DNA of 64,000 nt from Patellaria atrata CBS 101060. Taxonomy: Eukaryota. Below, in pieces: positions 48,551-60,675 of the stretch (its first letter is position 1; every line of letters starts with the position of its first letter). Position numbers and translations under genes: made by a program. The notes under the pieces are model-generated. The model saw only the letters and a program-made list of their open reading frames with translations. It ran no database searches and was not told where the DNA came from. Location of the stretch: the NCBI GenBank assembly GCA_010093705.1, contig MU006091.1, positions 434,001 to 498,000 on the forward strand, read 5' to 3'.

Positions 48551-50343
48551 TCAGCTGGTCCCATAACCGTCTACAAGTTTTGACTGCAGCCATTTCTCTA
48601 TTCCTCCACTTCTTGTTTCGAGTATTTGGATTTCAGCTTTTACATTTAGGAAGAGCATCATTTGGATTTCGCGTCTCCACGGAGACTCTGGAGCATCCTC
48701 CGCGCACACCTCCCGATCCAGCATCTTTGTAGCTTTCCCTCGATCACGAGCGGAAAGTTTCATGAGGCCTTGCGACTCTTGTTCGTCATCTTCGAGAACT
48801 ACGTCTGTACTCTTCACTCCAAGCCAACGCATAGAGGGAACATTGAGAGAACCGTTCTCGTGGGCTAAGGAATATGATCCAAGCTTATAAGTCAAAAGAA
48901 TATCAAGGCCATCAGGATCAAAGTCCATTAGACCGAAAATAGGTGCGTTGTGGAAATTGTTCTGCGGAGACGGTATTGATAGCGCTCTGAGAAATGCACG
49001 AGTAGAGATATCGGGGAAACCCTTTCCCTACAGTGTTTGAAGTTGGTTAATTTCAACTCTACTGTCACTCATTCGGGAAGATGATCCTACAGTAATCATT
49101 AACCCTTGACGACTCAATGTATACCAGAAGTCAGATGAAGCCATGGACCGGAAAACTGCCTCTTTCTCAATGACCAGAATCCATTTAACGTTACTGATGT
49201 CAACCAATTCGGAGACTTCCAGTTTCGATATCAAGAGCCCCTGAAGAGTTAGCACATATTTCGTCAGTTGAGGAGTATTTTAACGAACCTCACGGTCAGA
49301 GCATCCATCAACTATTGAACCATCATCCTTTTCAATCTTGAAGCATCCAGCCATTAGACCTTTAGCGGTTGCGGTCTAAAAGTTAGGGATATTGAAATGT
49401 CTTAGTCATAGTTAAGAAAGAAAAACATACTACATTGAGTACAATTCTAGGGACGCGGAATGTAGAAGCGATATCATCTACAAACCTATCCACTACCGTC
49501 TGATCTACAAAGATTGCTGTATCTCTGTAGTATATGTCTCTTGGACCAAAACGAAACGTTAGATTTGATAACCAAGAAAGAGAAAGTACCGTATACTACC
49601 TCTTGCTTATGAACACTCCAGCTTTTAGAGAATTATAGATCAATTCAAGAATACGGACTAGAACAGCTGACTACCTTATCAGTATGTTCCCTCTTTAGTC
49701 TCATCTCTAGGGTCAAACCAAATCGCCAGGCCTGGTGGGGATTATCACCCGGAAAAGAGATCTCTTTTATTCGGTTTGAAGTATTTGTAGTCATAAGTCC
49801 AGCTTTTCTATCGAGCCCTTGAGCAGAGGATGACTGTCTTGATGCGAGTAGAATGGTAAGTTGACGATTCTGAGAGAGAGACTCGGTAATCTCCGTGAAG
49901 ATCGATTCAATCCTGGCAGTGACAGCTTGTCTAGAAGGTTCAATTGCAGATAAGTCGAGCGAATGGTGTTTCGATACCCTAACTTCAGCATCTAAAAGCC
50001 AGTTGTTATGTCTACGGCCAGCTTGCTCCGGCAAGGTGGAAAGAGGACCAATTGGCAGAACTACATTAGTTTCTTCTTCTGAAAGGTCAATCAAGACGTT
50101 GGCCTTTTCAACAGAGCAACTAGAATGTGCCTCTGGGAGAAGTGTCTCGGCTTCATCTGCTGATGAGTTGAATTCTAAGGAAGATGAAACGGGCGTCACG
50201 GCGAGTTCAGCATCCGTGAAGTTCCAGAATTGGTCGAAAGCATCTGTTAGTGACTCTTGCGAAGACAGCGGGAGTATTGGTGTCTCTTCGAAGAGCATTT
50301 CATTATGATTGGATGTCATTATCGGCCGTTCAACATCTGTCAT
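48551..50343 (-). CDS. SPO11: Meiotic topoisomerase VI A-like protein Spo11
   Basis: FPG..AWRF|AVLVRILELI..SKR|DIYYR (catalytic Tyr region)..VVDRFVDDIA..LNV|TATAKGL..LVIEKEAVF..IT|GKGFPDISTR..MDFDPDG..KAEIQ. Introns 49667-49718, 49540-49599, 49376-49430, 49241-49288 and 49028-49090. Confidence 0.94.
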
Positions 50344-50594
50344 TCGAAAATCAGATTGACGAAGTAACAAACAAAGAGGAAGTGAAGTTGACTTTTATGG
50401 TAACTTTTCGGTTAGTTTTTAAGGGGAGAAGTTCTATATGGTCTGTGCGCGAGACAGCTTCACCTTTTACGCGTTTGTGCGCGTAGCGCGACTTCCAATG
50501 AGCTGCGGGTTAGGACACACTGAACAACGACACAATATCCTGTTCCTACGTTCATGTAATGCTTGTTTGATTTCTACGTTCTATTCAAATCTCC
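50344..50594. promoter_or_regulatory. Bidirectional SPO11/CAC1 promoter with MCB-like elements
   Basis: 251 bp between divergent ATGs. ACGCGT at 50469-50474 plus three more CGCG cores within 50447-50491. Confidence 0.6.
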
Positions 50595-52692
50595 ATGATG
50601 TCTACCACAGCTCCAATAGAGTTTTCTCCCTCCAGAAAGCGTCCTCTACCTCAGGATGACGACGTCGTCCTTAGCACTCCTCAGGGCAACGGTGTGGATG
50701 ATGCACCCGTATCCGCATTCTCTAGTGCTTTATCAACTCCTAAATCTATCAATTCATCACCTGCGAGTCCGATATACACTAGCAATATCACCCTTAGAGC
50801 GGCCTCTCCAACATTGAGCAGCAACACCTCCGTATCTGGTGATCATTCCGCCAACCCCGTTACAGAAACAACGGCTGCCGGTTCAACTGGTCCACTCACA
50901 ACAAAGAGGAGGAAGCTAACGGCTCAAGAAAAGGAAACCAAGAAGCTTGAAAAAGAGGCCAAGGACAAAGAGCGAGCAGAACAGAAAGCTAAGAAGGACG
51001 AAGAAAAACGTGTTAAGGATGAAGAGAGAAGAAGGAAAAACGAGGATAAGGAAGAAAAACGAAGGGAGAAGGAATTAGAACAACAACGTAAGGACGAGGA
51101 AAAGAAGAAGAAGGATGAGGAGAAGGCGAAAAAGGACAAAGTAAGGGTCGAGTCCCAGTTGGAGATTGTTTGTTACTTACTGTTTACAGTCACAACTAAA
51201 ACTAAATGCATTCTTCGCAAAACCGAAACCTCAATCATCTACACCTACTAGCCCTACCAAAGCAAGTACAGTGGAAGACGAAACTCATCGCCGGAAATCT
51301 GTCTCCTTAGAACCGACTGGAACTTCTGGCGTAAATCAATCTAGAGCCTCATCCCCTGTGCGTAAAGAAGTATCTCTCTATCACCGAAAGTTTCTGCCTT
51401 ACTCGGCACCTTCTCATACCACAGTCGCAAAATACAATGCGTATATTTCAGAAGATATGGATTTATCAGCGGTACAACAACGACTTGATGAAATCATCAA
51501 TAACCAGGGCGACAACTCTACACCTTCTTTTAGCTCTAACGATAAACAAATTGTTTTCAGCTCATTATCTTCTATGCTTGGCTTAGAGCGAGCCTCGAGG
51601 GGGACATATTTTCCCTCAGTGAAAGATCTAATTGCACTGGTCCAAGGATCATCTGAGCAACCAATTGATCTAACCCACGACGTATCTAGAGGAAATGCAT
51701 CTCAACCGCTTGATTTTCTCCAATGCATCCCAATGAAATATCTACATTTTGGCGAAGATGTTCGACCCCCGTATCATGGAACCTTTACAAGGCCCCAAGT
51801 TAGGAAAGCCGGTCAAAGACTGGCAAGGAATCCGTTCTCTCGTACTCTTCCAGAAATTAACTACGAGTACGACTCGGAGGCTGAATGGGAAGAACCAGAG
51901 GAAGGAGAAGATCTAGATTCAGAAGGGGAAGAGGATGCGGATAGTAACGACGGCGGCGACGATCTCGATGGCTTCCTAGACGATGAAGATGCGGCTGAAT
52001 CAGAAAGAGCACGAAAGCAATTCCTTTCTGCGGATCTAGTACCCGTCTGTAGTGGAATATGTTGGGAGACTCCCAGGCTTTTCCAATCGTCCACGGATAC
52101 CACAAACACAACAGACAATGCCTTCATCAGGATGGAATTCTTGCTCGGTGAGACCCAAGTGTATGAGAAGCTTTGCCTAACCAGTACTAATGATACGAGT
52201 AGATCCTTACCCAACATCTATCAATCCATATTCCAGCGCTTACTGGCAAACCGAGGTAGTGACAACAAATGTCTCAACAACAGGAGAGGCAAGTATAAAT
52301 GGCACCATGAACCCTCCCAGACATCCTTTGCAGCCACGATCTATCGGAGTACTGAACGGCATGAACAGTATGAGTAAATCTAAACCTGATACCAAGACCA
52401 CATCTGGTTTGTCCGGCACTGCACCTGTCGCGCCTAAAGCTCCCAAACGGCTCGTGCCTGAAGATCAGCTCGCGGCCTTCAAACAAGAGATTGAAGGTAG
52501 CGATCTAACAAAGATTGCGATAATAGAGGCATTAAAGAAAAAGTATAGAATTTTCTCTCCTGAGTTGTGTATCAAGCTAACCAATATAGGTTCCCTAAGA
52601 TACCCAAAGATGCCATTCAAAACACGCTGAACGTTGTCGCTGCCCGTGTCGGGACTAAAGACAATAAGCGTTGGACGCTCCTTCAAACATGA
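50595..52692 (+). CDS. RLF2: Chromatin assembly factor 1 large subunit (Cac1/p150)
   Basis: KER coiled coil, PIP box QLKLNAFF, MKYLHFGEDVRPPYHGT, RNPF..INYEYDSEAEWEE acidic domain and C-terminal winged-helix-like region. Introns 51141-51189, 52148-52202 and 52543-52589. Confidence 0.93.
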
Positions 52693-53709
52693 ATCCACGC
52701 TGTTACACACATGTAGCGTCCCTTGGCTTTGAATTTTCGACCGATTGGAGCAATGTGGAATCATTGACGTGTCCTACCTTGAGAGGACCTTAGTGCATAG
52801 CGGATTGATACAGCATGTTCAAGTATTGGGTTGTCGAGTACGGCCTCAAACAAACTCTCTCAAAACTTATGTACAGCATACTGGTAGCATGGCGTCAATC
52901 CAAGTTTGAGCGAGGGGAACTTTTGCGCAGTGGATTTTTATATACAGATCTATGTCTTTCCATCACCTATACTGCAGGTCATAGAAGGTATAGGTAAATA
53001 TTATGCACGATAATGATCAGAAGTCCACAATATGCATACTCAGTTCATTGAATCTCGTCAGTCAAATTCTATCCCGACATTACCAATCGTACAATACGCC
53101 TGGGTTTATTATTGGTGTCCGCCGTAGTTAGATTGCTCTGTGACCGACTGAGTGTGTACTGTGTAGAGCAATTCAGCCGCCGTATCTTCATCTCCAGTAA
53201 TTGGTTAGTTCTACGTGATTAATACAGAAATCGGTAAGGTTGGAGCCGAAATGTAAGCTCAGCATGTGCTCTTATACCTGTAACACCTACCTTTTGCCTT
53301 AATACACACCACTTGACGCTCTACCCTATAAGGAATATCTTGCGATGAGGAAACGGGAGTCTATTCGCTACCTGCCAGGTCACTATCAACGAATGGAACC
53401 TTCCAAGGCTCACAAAGTTCAGAGCACCGTATATTCTCATCTTCATCTCATCAAAAGGCATTACCAGCCCCATTTTTGCATACCGACCATCACCGACAAT
53501 CAATCATCCACTCCCCTCGCTTCTAATCCGCGCAGCCGTAAGGTGTAGTATACTCAGAAGGTCAAAAGAAAAGAAAAGGGTCTCAGAAGCCAAGAACGAA
53601 CCAAACCCCTAACCTGTAAGGGTTAAGATTCCCATCTATGTAAACCAGCAGCTTGTGACTTTGCTCTCCGGGGAACCCTTCAAACCCGCCCCGCTTGCAT
53701 TACTTACTC

Positions 53710-56545
53710 CTACCCAACTCGAGTCACCGTCGTACCAGAATTACTTCGAGAAGGCCCAGGAGGAGACTGAGGACCTCCGGAAGAGCTGGGTCGACTATTG
53801 CTTCGTGGACGGCCCGCAGGACGCTGTACCCTCGAGTCTTCTGAGGATGATGCATGATGACGCCGCTAGAACAAACACAACCGAGCGCAAAAGTCAGAAC
53901 GAGATCGCTTGGAGAAAAAGCCTATAGGAAATGAAAAGAAGAGGAAGTATTTAATGGCATCGCTATGAATACATCAAATCGGCCGGAAACGCAGACATGC
54001 ACCTTATGCTATTGTACGGGTATGTTGATGCGCAATAATCATCCAAGGAGCAAGGAGCAACGTAATCCTGAGATCAACGTACCGAGCCTTGTCTGTCATA
54101 ATCTTTCGCTCTCCTCTCCCTACTAGACATGGCATCATCTTGCAACCTGAGTGCCTCAAGACGTCTTTGACTGTCCTGACTCAGAGGATCCACATCATCT
54201 AGTCTCATGGGCGAAGTCACTTTGGTGCCTTGTGAATTCGTTCCTGGTAGCCTGGGTTCAATCCGTCCGTTCTGCCGTGCATTTGCTAGTTCAGCTAACC
54301 TATCCCACTTCGACTGACGGTCTTGCTGTCGCTGTGAGGCAGTGTTTTGGGATTCAGCATAATCGTGAGAGCAGTCATCGAAAAGTTGCGGGTTAACCTC
54401 CATGAAAAGTTTCATAGCATTGTATACCATGCCATGAATGGTTCTGTACGATATTAGCACTGCTTGATGGATCGCATGAAAAAAAAAAAAGAAAAACTTA
54501 CCTATTCCAATGACCCTTGGAATTCTCATACAGTGGCGCAAACATTATAGGCAGAATGACATCAACATTGTCGCTGACCAGATTGCAAAAGTATTCGTTA
54601 TTCCAAAAGTATAATGCTCTTTCAGCAACCTGAAGTCACATGAGCATTAGATGCAAAACCCCCAAATGTAACCATATACTGACCTGGAAATGTGGGCTAG
54701 CAACAGACTTCGCTAGTTGATTGAAGAGCGGTTCTTGGACCTTGGCAAATTCCGCTGGATCCATCACCTCGAAAATATCCTCTACCTCATTGAGAAACAT
54801 GACTTCCTTAGTGCTGTTTACTTTTGGCCAATATCTCAGAAGACCCAAGACAACCTGTATACGTCAGCGATGAAACTCATTTGAAGAATGGGGAATGAGC
54901 AAACCTCTTCAGTGAGAGCAGCATCCTTTTCGAGGAACTGGACGATACAGTATGCCAATTGCGGATGGTACATGCTCAGGCTTTTGACCTTGTGCATGGG
55001 TAGGAGAACGCGAGTCAAGAACAACTTATGCTCCTCCTTCAACGGAAGAGCAAAACCGTTAATGATCGAACCCAAGATTTCTAAAAGCTCAGCAATACCG
55101 TTGAATCGTTCGGTTTCGTAGATAAATTGGAAGAACACGTTATTGATGGATCTTCGGATGAACGATCTCAGATTCAGGAACTTTCCATAGATACGATGGA
55201 GAGTAGTCTTCAAGAAGTCTCTCTCACGAGGGTCCTCAGAATCAAAGAGTTCCAGGAGCTACCCCACGGTCAATATTGATAGTAGGTACCATCAGTACGA
55301 AACTTACCTGCAAGACGAAGCTATGGTCGATATATTGCTTCGCAATATTCGTATTGAATTCTTGACTTTCAATGAACCTGAGGAAAAACTCATATACCAC
55401 CTGAATATGGGGCCAGGCTACCTCGAGCACTGGTTCGTCCTCTTCGGGATCAAAAGCTTCGCCCTGGGGATTCATTGGAGGTGGTATTGGCCTGAAAAGA
55501 TTCTTGCTGAACATCTCTACTACTCGAGGATACATTGGTTCTGTGATAACTTGTCTATTGTTCGCAACGTAATCCAACAATTCGTGCAGTGCTAGTCTCT
55601 TGATCTCCTTCGATTTCATGTCTCCGCTCGCATCGTTAAAGTCAAAGATAATATTGCATTGGTCAATCTTCTGCATGAAGAGCTCCTGGCGTCTGTTGGG
55701 TGGGACTTCATGGAATCCTGGAAGCTTTTCTAGTTCCCTTTGTCGTTGATCAGATATATCAAATCGCGATGAATGCTGTCTCTTGGGGGTCCTTATTCCT
55801 TCCGGGACATCTTTAGGTGTTGATCCGAGACGGTCGAAGAGTAAGGATTTGCTCTTATGAGTGGGCGGGGCGAGATCTCCAGGCATAGTCTCAGTGGCTC
55901 CAGGTTGAGGGACATGCTAGATAGGAATATGAGTTAGAATTGTGTCGGTTACCAGGAGTAGATATAGTAGTAAAATTACGAAATTCACCTCGTAAAGCAG
56001 AGGAGGAAAGCGCGTTGGGAAAGAACATACCGGAACACTGGGACTAATGACGACGCTGGGCGCTACAGGAGGCATCGCCCTATTCGGTGTACCTAAACCT
56101 GAAGCTCCTATTCCACTACCTGCAAGCCCAATTGAATTATTTGTCTGTTGCATGTATGGTTGACCAGCAGTCAGAGAGCCTGGAAGGCCCTGCTGACCAG
56201 ATGGGTGGGCATTGACGGAACCGGGCCCACCAGTGGCATTATCGGAAGACTGAGCTTGTTTATTACGGGAATCAATCAATTGTGTCGTTGAGGACGTGGG
56301 AGTGCCATGTGCAGAGCCAGCTGGGGATTGTGAGGCGTGCGAAGGTGACGACGTGCCGGACGACTCTTTCTTGCTCTTGGACGAGTTTTTAGAATCTTTA
56401 GCTCGCGAGAGCTGTTCATGCTGACTCTGTTAGCGATCAAGAAGCTAATTGTAAAGCTCCCTTCGGCAATGGTATGGTATTGACGGTGAGGGGAGCAAGC
56501 GGGCGATTCAAGTAGACATACAACTCTCTGCCTGAAGCCCTTCAT
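53710..56545 (-). CDS. RTS1: PP2A regulatory subunit B56/B' (Rts1/ParA)
   Basis: [17 protein letters not shown] and B56 core ([66 protein letters not shown]). Introns 56421-56521, 55917-56030, 55259-55307, 54855-54904, 54630-54683, 54444-54501 and 53866-54082. If the last intron is retained the CDS ends at 54074. Confidence 0.95.
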
Positions 56546-57500
56546 CTTGACCAGTTTCCTGAAATATATGCGATTTAACAACCTTTAGCGCACGAGAGCG
56601 GTGATATCGCGGAGTTGGAAGATTGGGGTGATTCTCGAAGAGTAGGTGGGTGGAGAAATGGTTAGGCTCTTGATCGCCGAGAACTGGATGTGTAGCTCAA
56701 GCTGCCCTCTGCGAGCACGCTTATACCGGCTTGCGATACTCGCGGAGAGTTCAGAAGAGCATCGGGAACCTGTGAAAAGTGGAGGCGTTGATCGATAGGT
56801 AGATGTTCAGCGCGGAGTCTGGATGGTTGTTGCTAGGTGATACGGAACAGCTGCGTGTGACAGGCGTGAACAGTTTGGGGGGGGTGGGGAGAGCGGCAGG
56901 AGAAGATGGGCTATCGACAACAAGGTGAAGAATGCATGAAGGATGACGAAAAGAGAAGGGAAAGGGGTAGATGTGGGAAGAGTGAATATAGAGTACGAGA
57001 CAGCAGTAAGTGTTATAAATTCAAGATGTAGTGTAGGCGGAATCTGGTCCCAAGGCTGTGTCTTGAAGAGGAGTTGATGTATGGATGGAGTTCGTTAGGT
57101 TAGACTAGCGATACACGCCCTTAGGCCCTTAGGCCCCAACATGAACACCGAAATTCTAGGCGGCCTGGGCATCATTTTTGGGGACCATGTGCCCAAACTA
57201 TTCCCAAATCAAGGGGTCATTAACATCAACTTTGAACTATCTGATAGACCTACGAGACGTATAATCCCAAGTCCATAAAATCACTTGGAAACATCATCCG
57301 TTTAGTCTGGTTTATCTACGCGTACGGTACTGTACATGGGTTGGAGTACGGTACCTTTGTACTGTACAGTACCTCGCAACCTCTCTGAACAATCAACACA
57401 CTACACTACCTAAGGAAGCTTTCAAATTTAAAACAACTCCTTAAAAGGTTATCATATGTAATCTTCTTTACTTGCCTTTCAACTTTGGAAGAAGGACAAA

Positions 57501-60180
57501 ATGTCAGTCTCTACTGAGGAAGAAATGATTGCTGGATTGGTAGCCCCAAACGAGGCGCAAAATGGAACAGCTCCAGCAGCCGCTCCCAACGGTATGCAAG
57601 ATGGGATACATCCAGTAGAAAATAAGGAGCCGCCGTCATGGCTCAGTATTCCGAACGAGCCATTCGTAAGTGTGGAGCATCCATGTATCGTCCATAACAT
57701 CGATAATTGCATCAAGTCTTTGGGAGGAGAACGTAGACTTGATAGAGTAAGTCGCTATGTTGAACGTCAACAACAAACATCGCTAAGATTGTCAGTTTCT
57801 TAAATTGAAGGATAATAAGAAGTCGATGGGAGCTTCTCTGCGTCTAAATGATCCAATGGCCCAACCCGTTCTGTCGAGCTTCGTCAAGACGCAGAATTTG
57901 CTGATCAAGGTAACGGTGCCAAAACGAACAGGTAGGAAGAGAAAGAGGGGCTGTTCAGATCCATTCAAATTCCATGAAGAGGTAGATGGGGAAAAGTCCG
58001 AATCATCAGAAGGTAAATCTGAGCAGATTGCTTCAAGGTTGAAGAAGAAACCGCAAGACCTTCTGAGGAGCATGCGAGATAATCCGGACTCGTACAAGAT
58101 CCAACCGGTGGGAACTATGGAGGAGACGCACAAGTTTCGAAGTAAACAAACAAACCCATATCTAACATATATGGCATGTGAAACTGATACGTCATTAGGT
58201 CTACCAGATTATCAATATTCGATAACCCATAATAGGACTGCCCAGGATTTCCAGGAGTTCTTCACAAAACCTCAATGTAAGTTGAAAACTTCACCCTCAG
58301 GGCATTCAATTATACTCATACATCATAGGGTCAAAGCTAAAGAACTTCCAATTCGACAAATCCAGGTACCCGGCATCTGGAGCAAAGGCGGATGTTGGAC
58401 CATGTCCGCAGATCCTCTCGACTTCCGTCCCCTTCAACTACGCGTACGTCTACTGCCCTGTTTCTTTCAAGCTATTCTCGAATCTTATCAAGCTATTTGC
58501 ATTTGCAGTTTCATTTACATCTACGTTTTTCAATTCCATTTCCTTCACTCTGTCTACCCTGATGCTCTCAACTAGCCCTTATCCATCTTTGCTCCTATTC
58601 CCTCCTTAGTCCTGTTCCATATTTACTCCTATTCCTCTTCATCGCTAATCACTACTTCATTTCTACCCCCAATTTCCAGTCTTTACATAACTAACAAATC
58701 CTCCCCAGTTACCGACAAAACATGTACATCAAATTCCACTCCACCCCTCACGGTCAACCCCTCCCAATAAACACCTCCTTCAGTCAAAAATACATCATGC
58801 ACAAAGTCTCCCCCACGTGCGCCCCCTCTTCCATCCCGCACCGCATCCCCTCCTACCCCCCTCTCCCCCCCGAAAGCACACTCCCGGACTACCTCCAGAA
58901 CCTCATCCAAGACCTCCGCGCGGCGCTAGATGCCCGCCCTATAATGACGCGCCGCGTGATCCACAACCTCCTCGGCCGCGACGTCGAATACGAACTGAAG
59001 CAAGCATACGCCTACGTCGGGTACGTCTTCAGCGCCGGCCCGTGGCGCGAGGCTCTGGTAAAGTTCGGCGTCGACCCCCGCTCCGACCCGAAATACCTCG
59101 CGTACCAGACCATATGGTTCAAGCTCGCATCCAAGGAGCAGGGGGCCGGCGCCGGGGTTATCGAGGAGGAAGGCGGCACCGGCGAGGGCAGGAGGGGCGA
59201 GTGGATGGATTCGCGCATCGTGTTTCANNNNNNNNNNNNNNNNNNNNNNNNNNNNNNNNNNNNNNNNNNNNNNNNNNNNNNNNNNNNNNNNNNNNNNNNN
59301 NNNNNNNNNNNNNNNNNNNNNNNNNNNNNNNNNNNNNNNNNNNNNNNNNNNNNNNNNNNNNNNNNNNNNNNNNNNNNNNNNNNNNNNNNNNNNNNNNNNN
59401 NNNNNNNNNNNNNNNNNNNNNNNNNNNNNNNNNNNNNNNNNNNNNNNNNNNNNNNNNNNNNNNNNNNNATAAGTGTTGATGACTGACGAAATGTGATGAT
59501 AGCCCCTTGCTCTCGGCTTCCTGCGTCCCCTGACAGCGACAAAACTCAAAACGATCATGCGCCACAAGATCCAGATCCTCTCCAACAGCCCCTCTCTCCT
59601 CTCTCACGGCGTCGCCCTCGTGCCCCGTGATACCCCGAATCCCCCCCAACCCCGCACGATCGATAACAGGGACTATGACAAGGTCCTCGCGCTCACGGCT
59701 ATAGTGAGGGGCAATGGCCTCGTGCGGGTGCTTAGAGGCTCCACGGATGGGGAGAAGGAGGTCTCGTTTCTGTTTCGTAAGATGGTGCATAATTTTGATA
59801 AGGGATCTGAGAGGAGCAAGCGCGGGGGCGAGATGGATGAGGAGGAAGGGGATTGGGGTGGGGATGGGGGAGAGGTAGACGAGGAGGAGGTGGAAAGGGA
59901 GGAAGAGGATACACCTAGGGAGGACTTGGTGGATGAAGATGCGGATGAGGAGGATCTTGGACTAGATGATACGGCTTTCTATTCTGATGGATTTGAGGAG
60001 GAGCAGCGGGATGAGGCCGACGAGGACGAGGTTGATGAAGATGATGACGAGGACGATGATGAGATTTACTACAACACCGAGAATAGAGTGGAGAATGAAG
60101 GAGTGGAGGAGTACGAGAGTGAAGGATTTGAGGATGGAGGTCTGGACCCTGGTACTATGGGGAATACAGAATATGCATAG
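57501..60180 (+). CDS. TFC1: RNA polymerase III transcription factor TFIIIC subunit Tfc1/Sfc1 (tau95); interrupted by assembly gap
   Basis: VSVEHPCIV..IKSLGG, KVTVPKRTGRKRKRG, THKFR|SLPDYQ, PFNYA|YRQN, RPIMTRR, YVFSAGPWREALVKFGVDPR..YQT and an acidic tail. Introns ~57747-57795, 58142-58198, 58277-58328, 58444-58708 and one ending ~59502. Confidence 0.9.
59228..59468. other. Assembly gap (241 N)
   Basis: Run of N inside the TFC1 gene. Confidence 1.
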
Positions 60181-60675
60181 CGTCGAAGGAGCTCTTTCCT
60201 CGTCCAGATCGAGTAAGGGTCCTTGTCTCCTTACCGTGAGACACGAGTAGTCTTTACACGAACTTGTCGAAATCAGACCGATTATGCGATAAACGTGGCT
60301 CAACTATCACGCATTCTCATATAGACATGACTTGTGATACATCGAATCTGGTAGATTACAGCACATTCAAAACACACAAGTCCCTATCTACTTCTTTTGA
60401 ACCCCAGATTATTCAAAAAAAAAAACCACACAAGAAAGATCCCTCGATTCCTACATCTCAAGACATCCTAAGGGGTATCATATACATCATGCCAAACGCA
60501 ATTTCATGAACCAAACTCCCCAAAATTAAATAAAAGAAGGTAGCCTCCCAACCTCCCAAGCCATCCATCCAATACCATGCTAAATGCACCCAATGCCCAA
60601 AAACGCCACGCATGCAAAATGCAACCACGTAGTAAACATAACAAAAATCCCCCATTCCGAACGCACACACCATCT

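Noticed and set aside
53600..53640. CCCCTAACC, resembling a telomerase RNA template or telomere seed
   Set aside because: Single short match in the RTS1 3' region with no other supporting elements.
58817..59790. Long ORFs crossing the N run
   Set aside because: Artefacts of the assembly gap; only the TFC1 frame is supported.
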